From Eledone cirrhosa (taxonomy: Eukaryota), in the NCBI GenBank assembly GCA_964016885.1, contig CAXHJY010001433.1, forward strand, positions 1 through 64,000: 64,000 nucleotides of DNA, read 5' to 3'. The translations under genes and the position numbers were made by a program. Position 1 is the stretch's first letter, and each line of letters opens with the position of its first letter. Under the pieces are notes generated by a model. It was given only the letters and a program-made list of their open reading frames with translations. It had not been told where the DNA came from and did no database searches. This document shows positions 33,632 through 49,780 of this stretch, piece after piece.

Positions 33632-33696
33632 TATTTCATTATACATATTTCAAGGACACCAAGTTAAATTATGGTGTGCTTTCATCAGATAAAATA
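33632..33696 (-). ncRNA. Type I hammerhead (family K)
   Basis: - strand: TATTTTAT-CTGATGA-AAGCACACCA..TGGTGTCCTT-GAAA-TATGTA-TA-ATGAAATA. Confidence 0.75.
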
Positions 33697-33836
33697 TAAT
33701 ATAGATCATTTTTATGAATAAATATTGACATACCCTATCGTATATATCGTATTTTTACTCCAAATATTTGTTGAGTGCTTTATATCAGTTATAAAAATAT
33801 TTGCTTGTTGTATCCCAACAATTTAAATAGAACTTT

Positions 33837-33892
<56 letters not shown>

Positions 33893-33926
33893 AAAGAACA
33901 CAAGATCGTCTACAACATCAAAAGAT

Positions 33927-33986
33927 TTTTATTGGCTTACAATGTTTCTTCCTTACGTAACCGTAGGATTCATCAGAGCTATAAAA
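33927..33986 (-). ncRNA. Type I hammerhead
   Basis: - strand: TTTTATAGCT-CTGATGA-ATCCTACG(GTTA)CGTAAGGAA-GAAA-CATTG-TA-AGCCAATAAAA. Confidence 0.65.
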
Positions 33987-34050
33987 GGGGTTTGATTGGT
34001 AATAATAGACTTATCGTCCCCTACTTTTGCTCTTTACTCTCTTTACTCTT

Positions 34051-34138
<88 letters not shown>

Positions 34139-34316
34139 ATGTAATAAACAACATAAGGCAATTATTCTATTTGTCAAAGGTTTGACGAAGACAGACTAGC
34201 TCGACACAGGCGTCTGAATAATTGTCTTATGTTGTTTATTACATAACTAAATAGCTCTGTAGCTTACATAGAGCACTCTCCTCTACCTTTCCTTCGGAAA
34301 CACTTAATATACATAT

Positions 34317-34370
<54 letters not shown>

Positions 34371-34936
34371 TATAGATAATATATAGTTACTACGTTTGAC
34401 ATAAGGCCAGCGATTACCCCAGTGCACCACTGGTACTTTATTTTATCGACCTCGAATATGATGAAATGCAAAGTTAACCTCGGCTGATTATAGATAATAT
34501 ATAGATGGATAGATATACACACATAGAAATATAGAGGGATAGATAGATAGATAAAGAGAGAGAGAGAGAGTGAGAGAGAGACAGAGAGAGAGAGAGATAT
34601 GTGTATAGATTGTGTAGGTGTAAAACGACTACACATGGCAGTATACCCTCACTCCCTCACCACCTCTTGTCCCAGAAGTCATAAAAAGTTAACAGCAAGC
34701 GGCCTTTCTTTCCATTCTTGTCTAAAACATATAACAGAAAAAACCATAACATTTGACAAAACACTAAAAACCGAAAACAACAACAGGAAGTTCATTGACA
34801 CTAAGCGTAATATGACCATCACCAAACATTTATTGATTCATCGATTGTTATCAATTTGTCTTCTATTTTATTGATTAAATCGAACACATGTATACACATA
34901 CATAGTTGTGTCAGTGAGTATATATATACATGTATG

Positions 34937-35033
<97 letters not shown>

Positions 35034-35176
35034 ATATATATATATATACATAAATATATCTTTGTATATTTATAGGTAGATATTGATATGCGTATGTAAA
35101 TATATATATATATATATCGATATATATATATACATAAATATATATATGTATATTTATAGATATATATTAATATGCG

Positions 35177-35226
<50 letters not shown>

Positions 35227-35748
35227 TATATATAGATACAAATTTACTTACATACGTATCCATTGAATCTAGATATATACATTAACATGCGTATATATTT
35301 GTATATATGTACACACAAACATATACATAAACACACACACACAAACATACACACACACACATATATATATATATATGTATATGTATGTATATTTATATAT
35401 ATATAAATATATGTATGTATGGATATATGTATGAATGTATGCATGTATATATGTACAATTTATAATATAAATCGTGTAAAGAACTTTCTAGCAAGAAGAA
35501 AAATAACTCAATGCAGCTAAGTTGCTTTGATGTCATCGCAAAATGTTAAATATAAATTTCTAAGCACGTTATAAAAATTATGTCAGCACAATTTATGACA
35601 GTAATGTTTATGTTTTATATTAAACCGTTTCTAATTATGTTTTTTTTAAATATTATCGGCCATTTTTTATATATATCGCCTGCATTTATCTCCGTGTAGA
35701 GATTCTAAACTTGTGGTGTGTATGGTGTAAGTATATATGGTTGTGTGC

Positions 35749-35788
<40 letters not shown>

Positions 35789-35838
35789 ATGTGCGTATAT
35801 ATACATATATGTGTGTATACATATATATATATATGTTT

Positions 35839-35905
35839 ATCCCCGGTTCAATCGGGGGTAACCACAGTAAGTAAGGTACTCAAAACATAGCAGAGTATAA
35901 ATATT
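35839..35905 (-). mobile_element. 3' tail fragment of family G
   Basis: Reverse complement of about 54459-54520; lies in (TA)n. Confidence 0.75.
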
Positions 35906-35918
35906 AAATATAAATATA

Positions 35919-36024
<106 letters not shown>

Positions 36025-36182
36025 TTATTCATTATTTGTTTAATATTTTATCTTGACTCTGTATACCGTTTATCTTTCACCGAAAGTGATTTTTCATTAC
36101 ATCTCTTCTTTCCATGATATCCGGAATACATTGAGTTCTTCATACGGATTGGACACTACCGTAAACTCTTGGTAGATTTATC

Positions 36183-36248
<66 letters not shown>

Positions 36249-36272
36249 TATATATATATATATATATATATA

Positions 36273-36338
<66 letters not shown>

Positions 36339-36384
36339 ACTTGGCATCAGTGACATTTGTTTACTATTATATATATATATATAT

Positions 36385-36567
36385 AACAAAGGAATTGTGG
36401 TAAGGAACCAGATGGACCCATAACGCACCAGAGTACTCAATACTTAGGGTAGTAGAGTGGGAAATAGGAAACAGTATGAACCCAACGGCAGAGCTCAAGC
36501 CGTTTCGATTCCAGAAATAGCCGTCGAAACGGCTTGAGCTCTGCCGTCTGGGTCATACTTTTTCCTA
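36385..36567 (-). mobile_element. Family A mini fold-back
   Basis: Same ends as 1955-2149 with a different central junction. Confidence 0.85.
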
Positions 36568-36599
36568 TATATATATATATTTATATATATATATATATA

Positions 36600-36793
<194 letters not shown>

Positions 36794-37384
36794 CAGAGAT
36801 AGTGATAGATGCAGTATATGAGAGAATATGAAATAACAAAATTTGTTAAGGTAAAACCAGAGAAATTTAGCGAAAGGGTTTGGAACGGTTTTGAAACAGA
36901 CAAGGTCAAAATGGTCGGCAACAGTAAAGGATATATTTGAGAGGAAAGGATTTTACGTGATAGATACATGTAGAAAATTACATGAATTAATGTATTAAAG
37001 TAGATTGGCCGATAGAATGGACAGCAGTTAGATGAGATGAGAAACTACCTAATTGACACGTCCAAAGGCTTTAACGCATAAACATGTCACCGTTAGCAGC
37101 AAGATCTATACAGTTAAGTTCTTAGATATAGCACTAATCTTAAACAGATAAGGATTACATTTAACCGGTACAGGAAAATCCCACGAATCTTTACATTTAC
37201 TCACGCTGCCATTGTTAAACGGAGCTTATAGTCTGTATGATTGTTGTATATATCTTATATAAGCAGCAAAAAACTTAGGTCGATGTGAACTTTGGTTCTA
37301 GCTTCCGGAAAATAAACAAATTGAGACGCCATTTTCAAACCATTTCAGATCTCATAATCATATATATATATATATATATCTGTG

Positions 37385-37462
<78 letters not shown>

Positions 37463-37505
37463 TGTGTGTGCGCGTGTGTGTGTCTGTGTATATATGTATC
37501 TATGT

Positions 37506-37958
37506 ATCATCATCATCATCACCGATTTACGTCCGTTCTTCCACGCTAGCATTGGTTTGACAGGTTGTCCTGTTGTGGGCAGTGTCCGGTCGGTTGCCCT
37601 TGTCTTGCTCATACGGGAACTGATTCTGGCTTGATTTCTACAGTTGGATGCCCTTCCTAACACCAACCTCATTTACAGTGAGTGCTGGGTGCTTTTTCTT
37701 TCGTGGCGCCTCCACGTTCACTTTACAGTGTGGGCTGGGTGCTTTTTTGCCGTGACACCTCCACGACCACTTTGCAGTGCGAGGGTGTGGGGGCATATTG
37801 TCTATATGCTTCAGCTTCGGCTTGTACCCGTGGGGGGTCGGCTCTTCTGTATTACTGCGTGACGCCAGAGGTCACGGTCGTGTGTCATCGCCTTTGAGAG
37901 GTGTAATTGTGTTACGGTCGGCTTTTATCACCTCATCCCAGGTTTCTTGGGTCTCCCC
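37506..37958 (-). mobile_element. 3' fragment of an RTE-like LINE with (GAT)n tail
   Basis: - strand 37958-37845 translates, with frameshifts, to GRP..TWDEVIKAD..AMTHDRDLWRHAVIQK, typical of RTE ORF C-termini. Confidence 0.65.
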
Positions 37959-38223
37959 ATATATATGTGTATATATATTCTTTTACGATCGTTTCGGAGG
38001 GTTGATCATATTGATATATTGACTGATCTATAGCAGTTAGAGGACTGTATATTATGAGACATAATATATGGGTTCTACCATACCATCTTCCGTTTCATGC
38101 TCATTTCATTGGAGTATCTTGCTCAGCCTATGGACTCTTCAGTCAATCCCCGTATATTTGTGTGTCCTACAACAGGACAATTCGTCTAACCTCTGCTGAA
38201 TGAAGACTGACTCGAGCTTTAAC

Positions 38224-39707
38224 AACAACAAGGAAGGAAACATTAGATAATGTAGTCCTAGATACACTGTTTGAATATGACAAGATGGTCACAGCTGGAA
38301 GAACTTTGATCAGAGGTCTACTGGATCTGGACTGGCCAGGAGATAAACAACAAGGAAGGACACGTTAGATAATGTAGTCCTAGATACACTGTGTTTGAAT
38401 ATGACAAGATGGTCACAGCTGGAAGAACTTTGATCATAGGTCTACTGGATCTGGACTGGCCAGGAGATAAACAACAGGGAAGGACACGTTAGATAATGTA
38501 TTCCTAGATACACTGTGTTTGAATATGACAAGATGGTCACAGCTGGAAGAACTTTGATCATAGGTCTACTGGATCTGGACTGGCCAGGAGATAAACAACA
38601 GGGAAGGACACGTTAGATAATGTATTCCTAGATACACTGTGTTTGAATATGACAAGATGGTCACAGCTGGAAGAACTTTGTTAATAGGTACTGGATCACG
38701 ACTGGCCAGGAGATAAACAACAAGGAAGGACACGTTAGATAATGTAGTCCTAGATACACTGTGTTTGAATATGACAAGATGGTCAGAGCTGGAAGAACTT
38801 TGATCATAGGTCTACTGGATCTGGACTGGCCAGGAGATAAACAACAGGGAAGGACACGTTAGATAATGTATTCCTAGATACACTGTGTTTGAATATGACA
38901 AGATGGTCACAGCTGGAAGAACTTTGTTAATAGGTACTGGATCACGACTAGCCAGGAGCTAAACAACAAGGAAGGACACGTTAGATAATGTATTCCTAGA
39001 TACACTGTGTTTGAATATGACAAGATGGTCTGGCTGGAAGAACGTTGATCATAGGTACTGGATCAGGACTGGCCGGGGGCTAAACAACAAGGAAGGACAC
39101 GTTAGATAATGTAGTCCTAGATACACTGTGTTTGAATATGCCAAGATGGTCACAGCTGGAAGAACTTTAATCATAGGTCTACTGGATCTGGACTGGCCAG
39201 GAGCTAAACAACAGGGAAGGACACGTTAGATAATGTATTCCTAGATGCACTGTGTTTGAATATGACAAGATGGTCACAGCTGGAAGAACTTTGATCATAG
39301 GTCTACTGGATCTGGACTGGCCAGGAGATAAACAACAGGGAAGGACACGTTAGATAATGTATTCCTAGATACACTGTGTTTGAATATGACAAGATGGTCA
39401 CAGCTGGAAGAACTTTGATCATAGGTCTACTGGATCTGGACTGGCCAGGAGATAAACAACAGGGAAGGACACGTTAGATAATGTATTCCTAGATACACTG
39501 TGTTTGAATATGACAAGATGGTCACAGCTGGAAGAACTTTGTTAATAGGTACTGGATCACGACTAGCCAGGAGCTAAACAACAAGGAAGGACACGTTAGA
39601 TAATGTATTCCTAGATACACTGTGTCTGATTAAAAGACAGCATGATCACAGCTGGAACATCTTTGATCATAGTTCAGCAAGAATAGGATTGACTTGGGGC
39701 TAAACAG
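38224..39707. repeat. About 124-bp tandem repeat, about 12 units
   Basis: Unit starts AACAACAGGGAAGGACACGTTAGATAATG; starts at 39331 and 39455 are 124 bp apart. Confidence 0.95.
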
Positions 39708-39902
39708 CCATCCTCTTACCATCATCACAACAACAAGCACAGTGATATGCTGATTCAAACCAAAGTGACCTTATCTCCTTTCATGTTCCAGCTTGTTCTG
39801 CAGTTCATTTTTCTCCATGTATGTGTGTGAGGGATTGTGTGTATGTGAGTGTGTGCCTGTATCTGTGTCTGTATGTACGTGTGTTGTAAGGCAAATAGGT
39901 TA

Positions 39903-40242
39903 TCTATTTATCTAACACAGAGAATGTATGTATGTCTGTATGTATATATGTCTGTCTGGCTGTCAGCTCCCTAAAACTCGAGAACCAACGAACCGACTTT
40001 TTTCAAACTTTACACATGTAATATTTATGGTCCTGTGAGTGCTTTGAGCAAAAGAAATTTCAAATAGTCAATGCCCTAGGGACCTCATTAGGCGACTTAG
40101 CGATCCTCTCTATAATTCTTAGTCTTTCTTTTTAGATAGATACATAGATATAACGTTGCGCCCTTATAATATCTGTCTGTATGTCTTGCTGTCTGCATTA
40201 CGACATTATGACGCTATGTGTATGTATGTGTGGGGGGGGCGC

Positions 40243-40288
<46 letters not shown>

Positions 40289-40424
40289 TATGTATATATA
40301 TATATATATATAGAGTGTAACGTTTTTCCAAATATTTACATCTGCGTTCTCAGATTGATTCTTTTAGTTTCAGAGGATTCCTTTAAGCGCGAAAGCAGTG
40401 ATTATTTTCTTACACTTTAATCTA

Positions 40425-40481
<57 letters not shown>

Positions 40482-40611
40482 TAGTTTTGCATACACAATA
40501 ACGAAATATAAACAAACGTATTTATTTCACGAAGCTCTATAAGGATGAATATATATCAAATATATAAGAACCCTAGAGCAAATCCCAAGCAACGCCGGGC
40601 CATTCTGCTAG
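39903..40611 (+). mobile_element. Non-autonomous Helitron with nested (TA)n-associated insertions
   Basis: 5' A^TC followed by a (TGTA/TGTC)n tract; 3' hairpin CCCAAGCAACGCCGGG then CTAG^T. Confidence 0.6.
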
Positions 40612-40768
40612 TAGTATATAACATTAAAAAGGGTATTTAACAAATTACTACTGTGAATTTCTTGTTTAAGATTTCCAAATGTTTCTGTAAAATGAAATAA
40701 AATAATCTCTGTTTTTGCTAAAACGAATAAAATGGTGTGTGTGAATAAACATAGGTTCTAGGAGTAAC

Positions 40769-40851
<83 letters not shown>

Positions 40852-41189
40852 TTTTATTTGCGTATGTGTGTATGTGTGTATTTGAATATATGTGTGACTG
40901 TTTTAAACGTTTTTTTTAAACATATATATATAAACATATATATATAAACATATATATATAAACTTATATATATATATACACATACACATATATACTCGCA
41001 TATAAATATACATATATATATATATATATATACATATATATATACATATATATATATATATAAATATGGTTTTATAAATATAGTTTCCATTTATTTAATA
41101 TCATTGTACATATAAATATATATATATATATGTGTGTATGTGTATGTGTGTGTGTATACATATATATAAACGCATACATATATACACGC

Positions 41190-41220
<31 letters not shown>

Positions 41221-41281
41221 ATTATATATATATACATATATATACATATGCATATGTATATATATATATATATATATGTAT

Positions 41282-41328
<47 letters not shown>

Positions 41329-41403
41329 ATAGCAGAAGTCTATTGTCCTGAAACATGTTTATGTTTTCTTGTTTGACATAGTCCCTGCGGAAGCCAAAGA
41401 AAT

Positions 41404-41540
41404 ACTACTACTACTACAACTACTACTACAACTACTACTACAGCTACTACTACTACAACTACTACTACAACTACTACTACAACTACTACTACAACTACTA
41501 CTACTACAACTACTACTACTACTAGTACTACTACTACCAT

Positions 41541-41573
<33 letters not shown>

Positions 41574-41945
41574 TACTACAACTACTACTACTACTAGTAC
41601 TACTACTATAATTACCACTACTACTACTACAATTACTAATACTACTACCACTACCACTACTGCTACTACTACTACTAACAATAATAGTACTACAATGTTT
41701 ATGATAATGATAATATCAACAAAAACAACAATAAAAGTAAATTTAATAATAGGAAGAAACCGAAGAAGAAGTGGGACAAGAAGAAGAAGAAGAAGAAGAA
41801 GAAGAAGAAGAAGAAGAAGAAGAAGAAGAAGAAGAAGAAGAAGAAGAAGAAGAAGAAGAAGAAGAAGAAGAAGAAGAAGAAGAAGAAGAAGAAGAAAAGA
41901 AACAGAAGCAGAAGTAGATGAAAAAGAAGAAGAAGAAGAAGAAAT
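41404..41945. repeat. (CTA)n and (AAG)n microsatellites
   Basis: Direct reading of the sequence. Confidence 0.9.
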
Positions 41946-42246
41946 TCTAGATAACTCATAAAATTTAGTTACGTTACTAAATTTTCGAACGACAGAACAA
42001 AAAAAGAAAAAAACGAAACACTTAAAAATGAATATAAATCAAACCAGAAAGCTATACACAAAAAATATTTCAAAAATACATATATAAAAATATCGGTTAT
42101 AGATTAATTATATATTTTTTTCTTTTTAAGGTGTTTTCTTTATTCCATTAGGTTTTTAGGTCTTGTATATGTATTTTTTTTATTATTTATGGTTATATTT
42201 TAACATATACACACACACACAGACACACACATATATATATATATAA

Positions 42247-42295
<49 letters not shown>

Positions 42296-42401
42296 CGTAT
42301 ATGTGTATTTATGTATGTATATATATATATATATATATGTATGTATGCCTAAATGTATGTATGCCTATATATATGTATGCCTATATATATATATATATTT
42401 A

Positions 42402-42452
<51 letters not shown>

Positions 42453-42490
42453 AATAAATTTATATATATATATATATATATTAATAAATT

Positions 42491-42601
<111 letters not shown>

Positions 42602-42765
42602 TTATATATAGTAGAATATATAAAAGGCAAAAAAGGAGTGATTTCTAAAATTAGTTGCAATCTTATTTTTTGATGTTTCTCTACCATTAAGCAAACAAAA
42701 GTAAATGTTCGTTCTCAGTCGCCTGTCTTTATTCATTTATAAAATACCACGTGTCATGTATACAT

Positions 42766-42813
<48 letters not shown>

Positions 42814-42867
42814 GAAAAAGTGAAGAATAACATGGTCAAAAATACAAACAAGGAAATTTATTTACAG

Positions 42868-42970
42868 TCTAACAATTGTTTCAATGAAAAAATTGTCTAA
42901 AAATTGCTAAACACTGAAAGCAGTGCCACTCAAATTAAAATACATGTTAACCCCATCATATCCTCAGAGA
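42868..42970 (-). ncRNA. Candidate hammerhead with long domain II
   Basis: - strand: TCT-CTGAGGA-TATGA...TCATT-GAAA-CAATTG-TT-AGA; stem I is only 3 bp. Confidence 0.45.
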
Positions 42971-42990
42971 TATCTTGTTATCCTCTCTCT

Positions 42991-43076
<86 letters not shown>

Positions 43077-43077
<1 letters not shown>

Positions 43078-43271
43078 ACGAAGGAAATGTGGTAAGGAAC
43101 CAGATGGACCATAGCGGACCAATGTAATCAATACTTAGGGTAGTAGAGTGGGCAATAGGAACATGTAGGACCCCGACGGCTGAGCTCAAGCCGTTTCGAC
43201 GGCTAATTCTGGACTCAGAATTAGCCGTCGAAACGGCTTGAGCTCAGCCGTCGGGGTCCTACTTGTTCCTA
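43077..43271 (-). mobile_element. Family A mini fold-back
   Basis: Near-perfect arms; tail on the left. Confidence 0.85.
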
Positions 43272-43290
43272 TATATATATATATATATAT

Positions 43291-43382
<92 letters not shown>

Positions 43383-43532
43383 GTGATATATATATATACG
43401 TACATATATATATGAATATTTATAGAAATATACGTATTTATAGATACATATATGTATGCATACATACCTATATATATGTGTATATATATACACACACACA
43501 CATACACATATATATATATATATATATACACG

Positions 43533-43658
<126 letters not shown>

Positions 43659-44051
43659 TGTATATATATATATACATATATATACATATATATACATATA
43701 TACATATATATACATATATATATGTATATTTATATATATATATATATCCTCACCTAAATGTGTTTAATCGGTCGGACGGAAAATGGTGGACATTTGAAGA
43801 AACAAAAGACAAAGCTGTTATTCACCATTATGTTGCTTTGCAATATATTTCACTTTAAGAAGAAGATAAACAGAGAAAAAATTATCTAAATAAAAAATGT
43901 AAAAGCGACAGAATAATGATAATAAAAATAATAATATCAGCAGCCACAATAAAGTATATATACATATGGATATATATATATATATTCACACATACATATA
44001 TATAATATATATGTATATACATATATATATATATAGATACAAGAATAATAA

Positions 44052-44240
44052 TTATTGTTTCTTCTTTAGGCACAAGGCCAGCAAATACCGAGTGCATTAC
44101 TGGTACTTTATTTTATCGACCCCGTAAGGATGGAAGGCAAAGTCAACATCGGCGGGATTTGAACTCAGATCGTAAAGGGACGTAACTATGCTGGAAAGCA
44201 TGGCGTCCGACCCTCTACCGATACTGCCAATCCACCGCCC
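44052..44240 (-). mobile_element. SINE S1, full length
   Basis: Near-identical reverse complement of 8123-8310. Confidence 0.9.
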
Positions 44241-44241
44241 T

Positions 44242-44284
<43 letters not shown>

Positions 44285-44544
44285 TATATATATATATATA
44301 TATTATTATTATTATTATAATTATTATTATTATTACTATATACATATATATTATATATATGTAAGTGTGAATATATATATTATATATATATGTATGTGTG
44401 AATATATATATTATATATATATATGTGTGTGATGTGTGTATATATATATACATATATATATATATAATGTATATATATATATATATATATATAATGTATA
44501 TATATATATATATATATATTGTATATATATATATATATATAATG

Positions 44545-44579
<35 letters not shown>

Positions 44580-44634
44580 ATATAAATTATGTATATATAT
44601 ATATATATATATATATTTATACATATATATATAT

Positions 44635-44704
<70 letters not shown>

Positions 44705-44705
44705 T

Positions 44706-44821
<116 letters not shown>

Positions 44822-45198
44822 CATATGTGTGTGCATGTGTGTGTGTTTGTGCAGATGTAGGTCTCTATATCTGTCTATGTGTCTTTATATCTATATATGT
44901 GTGTGTATGTTATAAAAAAAGATTTTAGACCAACGTTAACGAGAAAATCGATAATGTCGCATTTAAAAGGAAAAAATTATAATTTACTTTTAGACACATT
45001 CAATTATGTCTGGAAATTCTCTTTTTTCGGAATGGCATTAATTGCTACTGGCTGCGAATGAAGTCTACGAAATTGTTATTTGCTTTCCCGAGCCACTGTA
45101 ACGAAAAGAGCAAAGATATTCATTAATTAAACCATGAATAGCTCATAAAATGTAATAAATGTCTTTATCTAAATCTACCTGTTGTGTTTGCATATATA

Positions 45199-45242
<44 letters not shown>

Positions 45243-45247
45243 TGTAC

Positions 45248-45296
<49 letters not shown>

Positions 45297-45335
45297 ATTG
45301 CATGTATATGTTGCATGTACATATATATATATATA

Positions 45336-45408
45336 TTTTAATATATATGAGATTCTACAGGACTATAACTGTTTCATTCTTGAGAAATCATCAGATGATT
45401 TCTCAAGA
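45336..45408 (-). mobile_element. Family G micro fold-back with a truncated HHR
   Basis: - strand CTGATGA-TTTC..GAAT-GAAA-CAG..CTG-TA-GAATCT; the 5' strand of stem I is replaced by the palindrome at 45378-45408. Confidence 0.75.
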
Positions 45409-45426
45409 TATATATATACATATATT

Positions 45427-45462
<36 letters not shown>

Positions 45463-45546
45463 TATACACATATATATATTTATATATATATATATACATA
45501 TATTTATATATATACATATACCTATATATATATATATACATATATT

Positions 45547-45628
<82 letters not shown>

Positions 45629-45900
45629 CCTATACACACACACATATATATGTATATGTGTAAGTATGTGTATATATATATAACGTATATATGTAAATAT
45701 ATATATATATATATATATATACGTATATATATATACTTATATATATATATATAATCATATATATATGTATATATATATATATATTTATATATAAACCCGA
45801 GGGGCATTTCAAATTATATATGTTAACAGTTGTGTGACATGTTTGCGCACTACCTGTTGTTTTTAGTCGGCGACAGCCATTAGAGGATTATATACATACT

Positions 45901-45946
<46 letters not shown>

Positions 45947-46456
45947 TTAACATATACATATGTATATATATAAGCTCACGTACACGTATATATATATATA
46001 TGTGTGTGTGTATATATTTAACAAATTATGTTTGACACCTATTGTTACGACTTTTACTTATGACAGTATTATACAGAATTAGATTTTCTGTAATGAATCG
46101 AAGATGCCGCCATTGTCAAAATCATTTATCGAGTCAAATATATTTACACGTGATGACATCAAGTACCATATGTAGACGAATGTACAGCCCCCATAGCGAC
46201 AAACGATACCAAAAATACTCGTCTCCAGATAAGTGTTACTTTTAATTCTAAATAGACATTCGAATGTACGGCTACCTCCATAGCTACAATCACCATCGCC
46301 ATCATCGTCTGGTTTAATATTCACATTCTTCCACGTGATTCACCACTGAAAATCCACTGAAAACAATATACAGTCCGGCTCTTCTGTTGTTAAACCAACT
46401 GGAACATTTCCTCGTCGAAACCAACGAATATCGGACATACGTACACGCACCGCCCG

Positions 46457-46549
<93 letters not shown>

Positions 46550-47075
46550 AAATGAAAATATAGAAATTATTGTGAGCAAGAAGCCAACAGTATTTCAGAA
46601 TATATAAGTGACGATAACGTGAAAATGGGAAATAATTAACGTAAGATATGGGAAAATACTTCAAACTCAATTTAAAAAAAATAAAGACAGAGATTTTATC
46701 CACAGATTTTGTGAAATCCAGGGAAAAAAACCAATAGAGTCTTAACTCCGAATAAAATAAAGCTTAAATACACATCCTTCCATTTGGAAAAAAATCTACA
46801 AATGTTCTATATAGTCTTAAAAAGACTATTTCACGAAACTTTCAGTGGGGATGGTCACGGTTGGAACCGTTCCTCAGTAGAGCTCAAACACAATAACCCT
46901 AAAATCACTGCCAAAATATGCCAAAAAGGTAATTTAAATGCAGGCTAGTTCACCTCGTGCGGAAATATAAAAATAAACACATATGGAGAGACATGGCTGG
47001 TGACGTCAGAATGAGACGAATGTCTATTTACAAGAAACAGCTGTCAAAAACATTCCGAAAAAACTCTACAAAATG

Positions 47076-47162
<87 letters not shown>

Positions 47163-47199
47163 ATGATGCGAGGGAAACCACATCAGAATCAAAAACTTT

Positions 47200-47298
47200 C
47201 CATCTCAGTTTTACTTTTGAAAATCATAAGAATTGTGAAACCGGTAAAGAAAATGAATACATATTCTTAAAAGACTCCAGTGGCATTTTCAATTTCGT
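47200..47298 (+). mobile_element. Family M fragment with a degenerate HHR
   Basis: Homologous to 52517-52628; TTGAAAA...GAAACCGGTA. Confidence 0.55.
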
Positions 47299-47521
47299 TA
47301 TCCAGGAAAGTTAACCCAGAATCCTATAAAAAATCTTCCTATCGTAGTTGACAAAGAACTTACTAGATCTACGAAACCTAATTGTAAAATTATAATGTTA
47401 TAAAATTCGATTAAATCATTTAGAACTACAATATTTTGGAAGGGTCATGCTGCCCATTAAAACACATCCCCCTGTTGATATTCACACACATTTCCAGATG
47501 GTTGGTTTAATAACTGGATTG

Positions 47522-47577
<56 letters not shown>

Positions 47578-47673
47578 CTGTGTGTTGTATATATCAGGTT
47601 CTTGGGATATAAATGCAGGTTTTTATACATTAAATTTAAAAAGGAACCTCTCAATCATGAACAAATTATATTC

Positions 47674-48276
47674 CGACGCTCTACCGATACGGCCAAACCA
47701 TTGCACTCCTATATACAATAATTGTTCCTACTTTTGGCACAAAGCTAGCAATTATCCCAGTGCATTACTGGTACTTTATTTTATCGATCCCGTAAAGATG
47801 AAAGGCAAAGTTAATCTCGGCGGGATTTGAACTCAGAACGTAAAGGGTCATAACTCTATACTGCATAGCATGGTGTCAGACTCTCTACCGATACTTCCAA
47901 CCCACCGCTCTTATTCAATAATGATTTCTAATATAGGCACAAGGCTAGTTATTTGGGGTAGGGGAAAGTCGATTAAATCGACCCCAATTCGTTACAGGTA
48001 CTTTATTTTATCGACCCCGTAAGGATGAATGACAAAGTTAACCTCGGCGGGATTTGAAATCAGACCGTAAAGGGCCGTAACTATATGCTGCAAAGCTTGA
48101 TGTCTGTCGCTCTAACGATACTGCCAATCCACCGCCCGATGAGAATTATATTAATGGTTTCTTATTTAGGCACAACGCCAACAATTTTGAGATGTGAACT
48201 CACACGGTAAAGGATGGCAACTCTATACTGCAAAGCATGGCGCTCGACCCTCTGCCGATACTGCCAATCCACCACC
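47674..48276 (-). mobile_element. Cluster of 3-4 tandem S1-type SINEs
   Basis: Repeated GGCACAAGG...TTTATCGACCCC...GATTTGAACTC...CCGATACTGCCAATCCACC blocks. Confidence 0.8.
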
Positions 48277-48666
48277 TTAAATACAATAATACTACTAATT
48301 CAAGTTTTTCCTCTTTATCATATGCTTTGCTTTTCATTTGTAGAAACACGTGTAAAACGAGCAAAAATGTCTTAGCTTCCTTCTCAATTGCTAGATTTAT
48401 TATTTAAGCCTGTCTTGTAGTAACATTCATAAAATAACTCGGCTTTATTTACCAAACATTTTACTTCTTAACTCCATATGGATTGCACTAGGAATCGAAG
48501 ATCTTCATTCTATTTGCTGATTGTTGAAATATATTGGTAGATTGCACATTTTTGTCATACCGTTACTAACTTGATCTTTTAATAATTTACTTTCATTATA
48601 AATTCTACTCTCTTTATTATATTATGTGTGAACGTGTGTCTATTTGTGCGTTTTCCTGTGTATATA

Positions 48667-48828
<162 letters not shown>

Positions 48829-48928
48829 CATATATATGTATGTGTGTGTGAGCGTGTATATTTGTGTGTTTGCCTGTATATATATATATATACATATATA
48901 TATGTATATATATATATAAGTAATATAC

Positions 48929-49002
<74 letters not shown>

Positions 49003-49003
49003 A

Positions 49004-49051
<48 letters not shown>

Positions 49052-49052
49052 A

Positions 49053-49097
<45 letters not shown>

Positions 49098-49098
49098 G

Positions 49099-49204
<106 letters not shown>

Positions 49205-49221
49205 TAAATATATATATATAT

Positions 49222-49272
<51 letters not shown>

Positions 49273-49322
49273 TGTATATATATGTATATATATTATATAT
49301 ATATATATATATTATATATATA

Positions 49323-49365
<43 letters not shown>

Positions 49366-49780
49366 ATATATATAATATATGTATATATATTATATATATA
49401 TACACATATGTATATATGTATATATAAATATATATACATATATACATATATGAGTATGTGCGTTTTTGTGTGTTTTTGTCTCTTTACATGTATGCCTATG
49501 CGAGTTTGTGCGCGTGTGATTGTGTGTACGTGTATTTATACGTTTATACGTGAGTGAGAGTGGGTTTGTATGTATGGAAGACAATCAAATTTACAATCTA
49601 AGCTATTATCCTATTCATTAAGAGATACTTTCCTTATAGCCACAATCTCATTAATTTATACCCACACCCCCATCCAATCAGCCACACACACCTCACATAA
49701 TTTCTGTAAACACAAATCACCAACTACACCATAAGCTCGTTTTCGTATATAGAATAACCAACGTATATGTATATATAATA

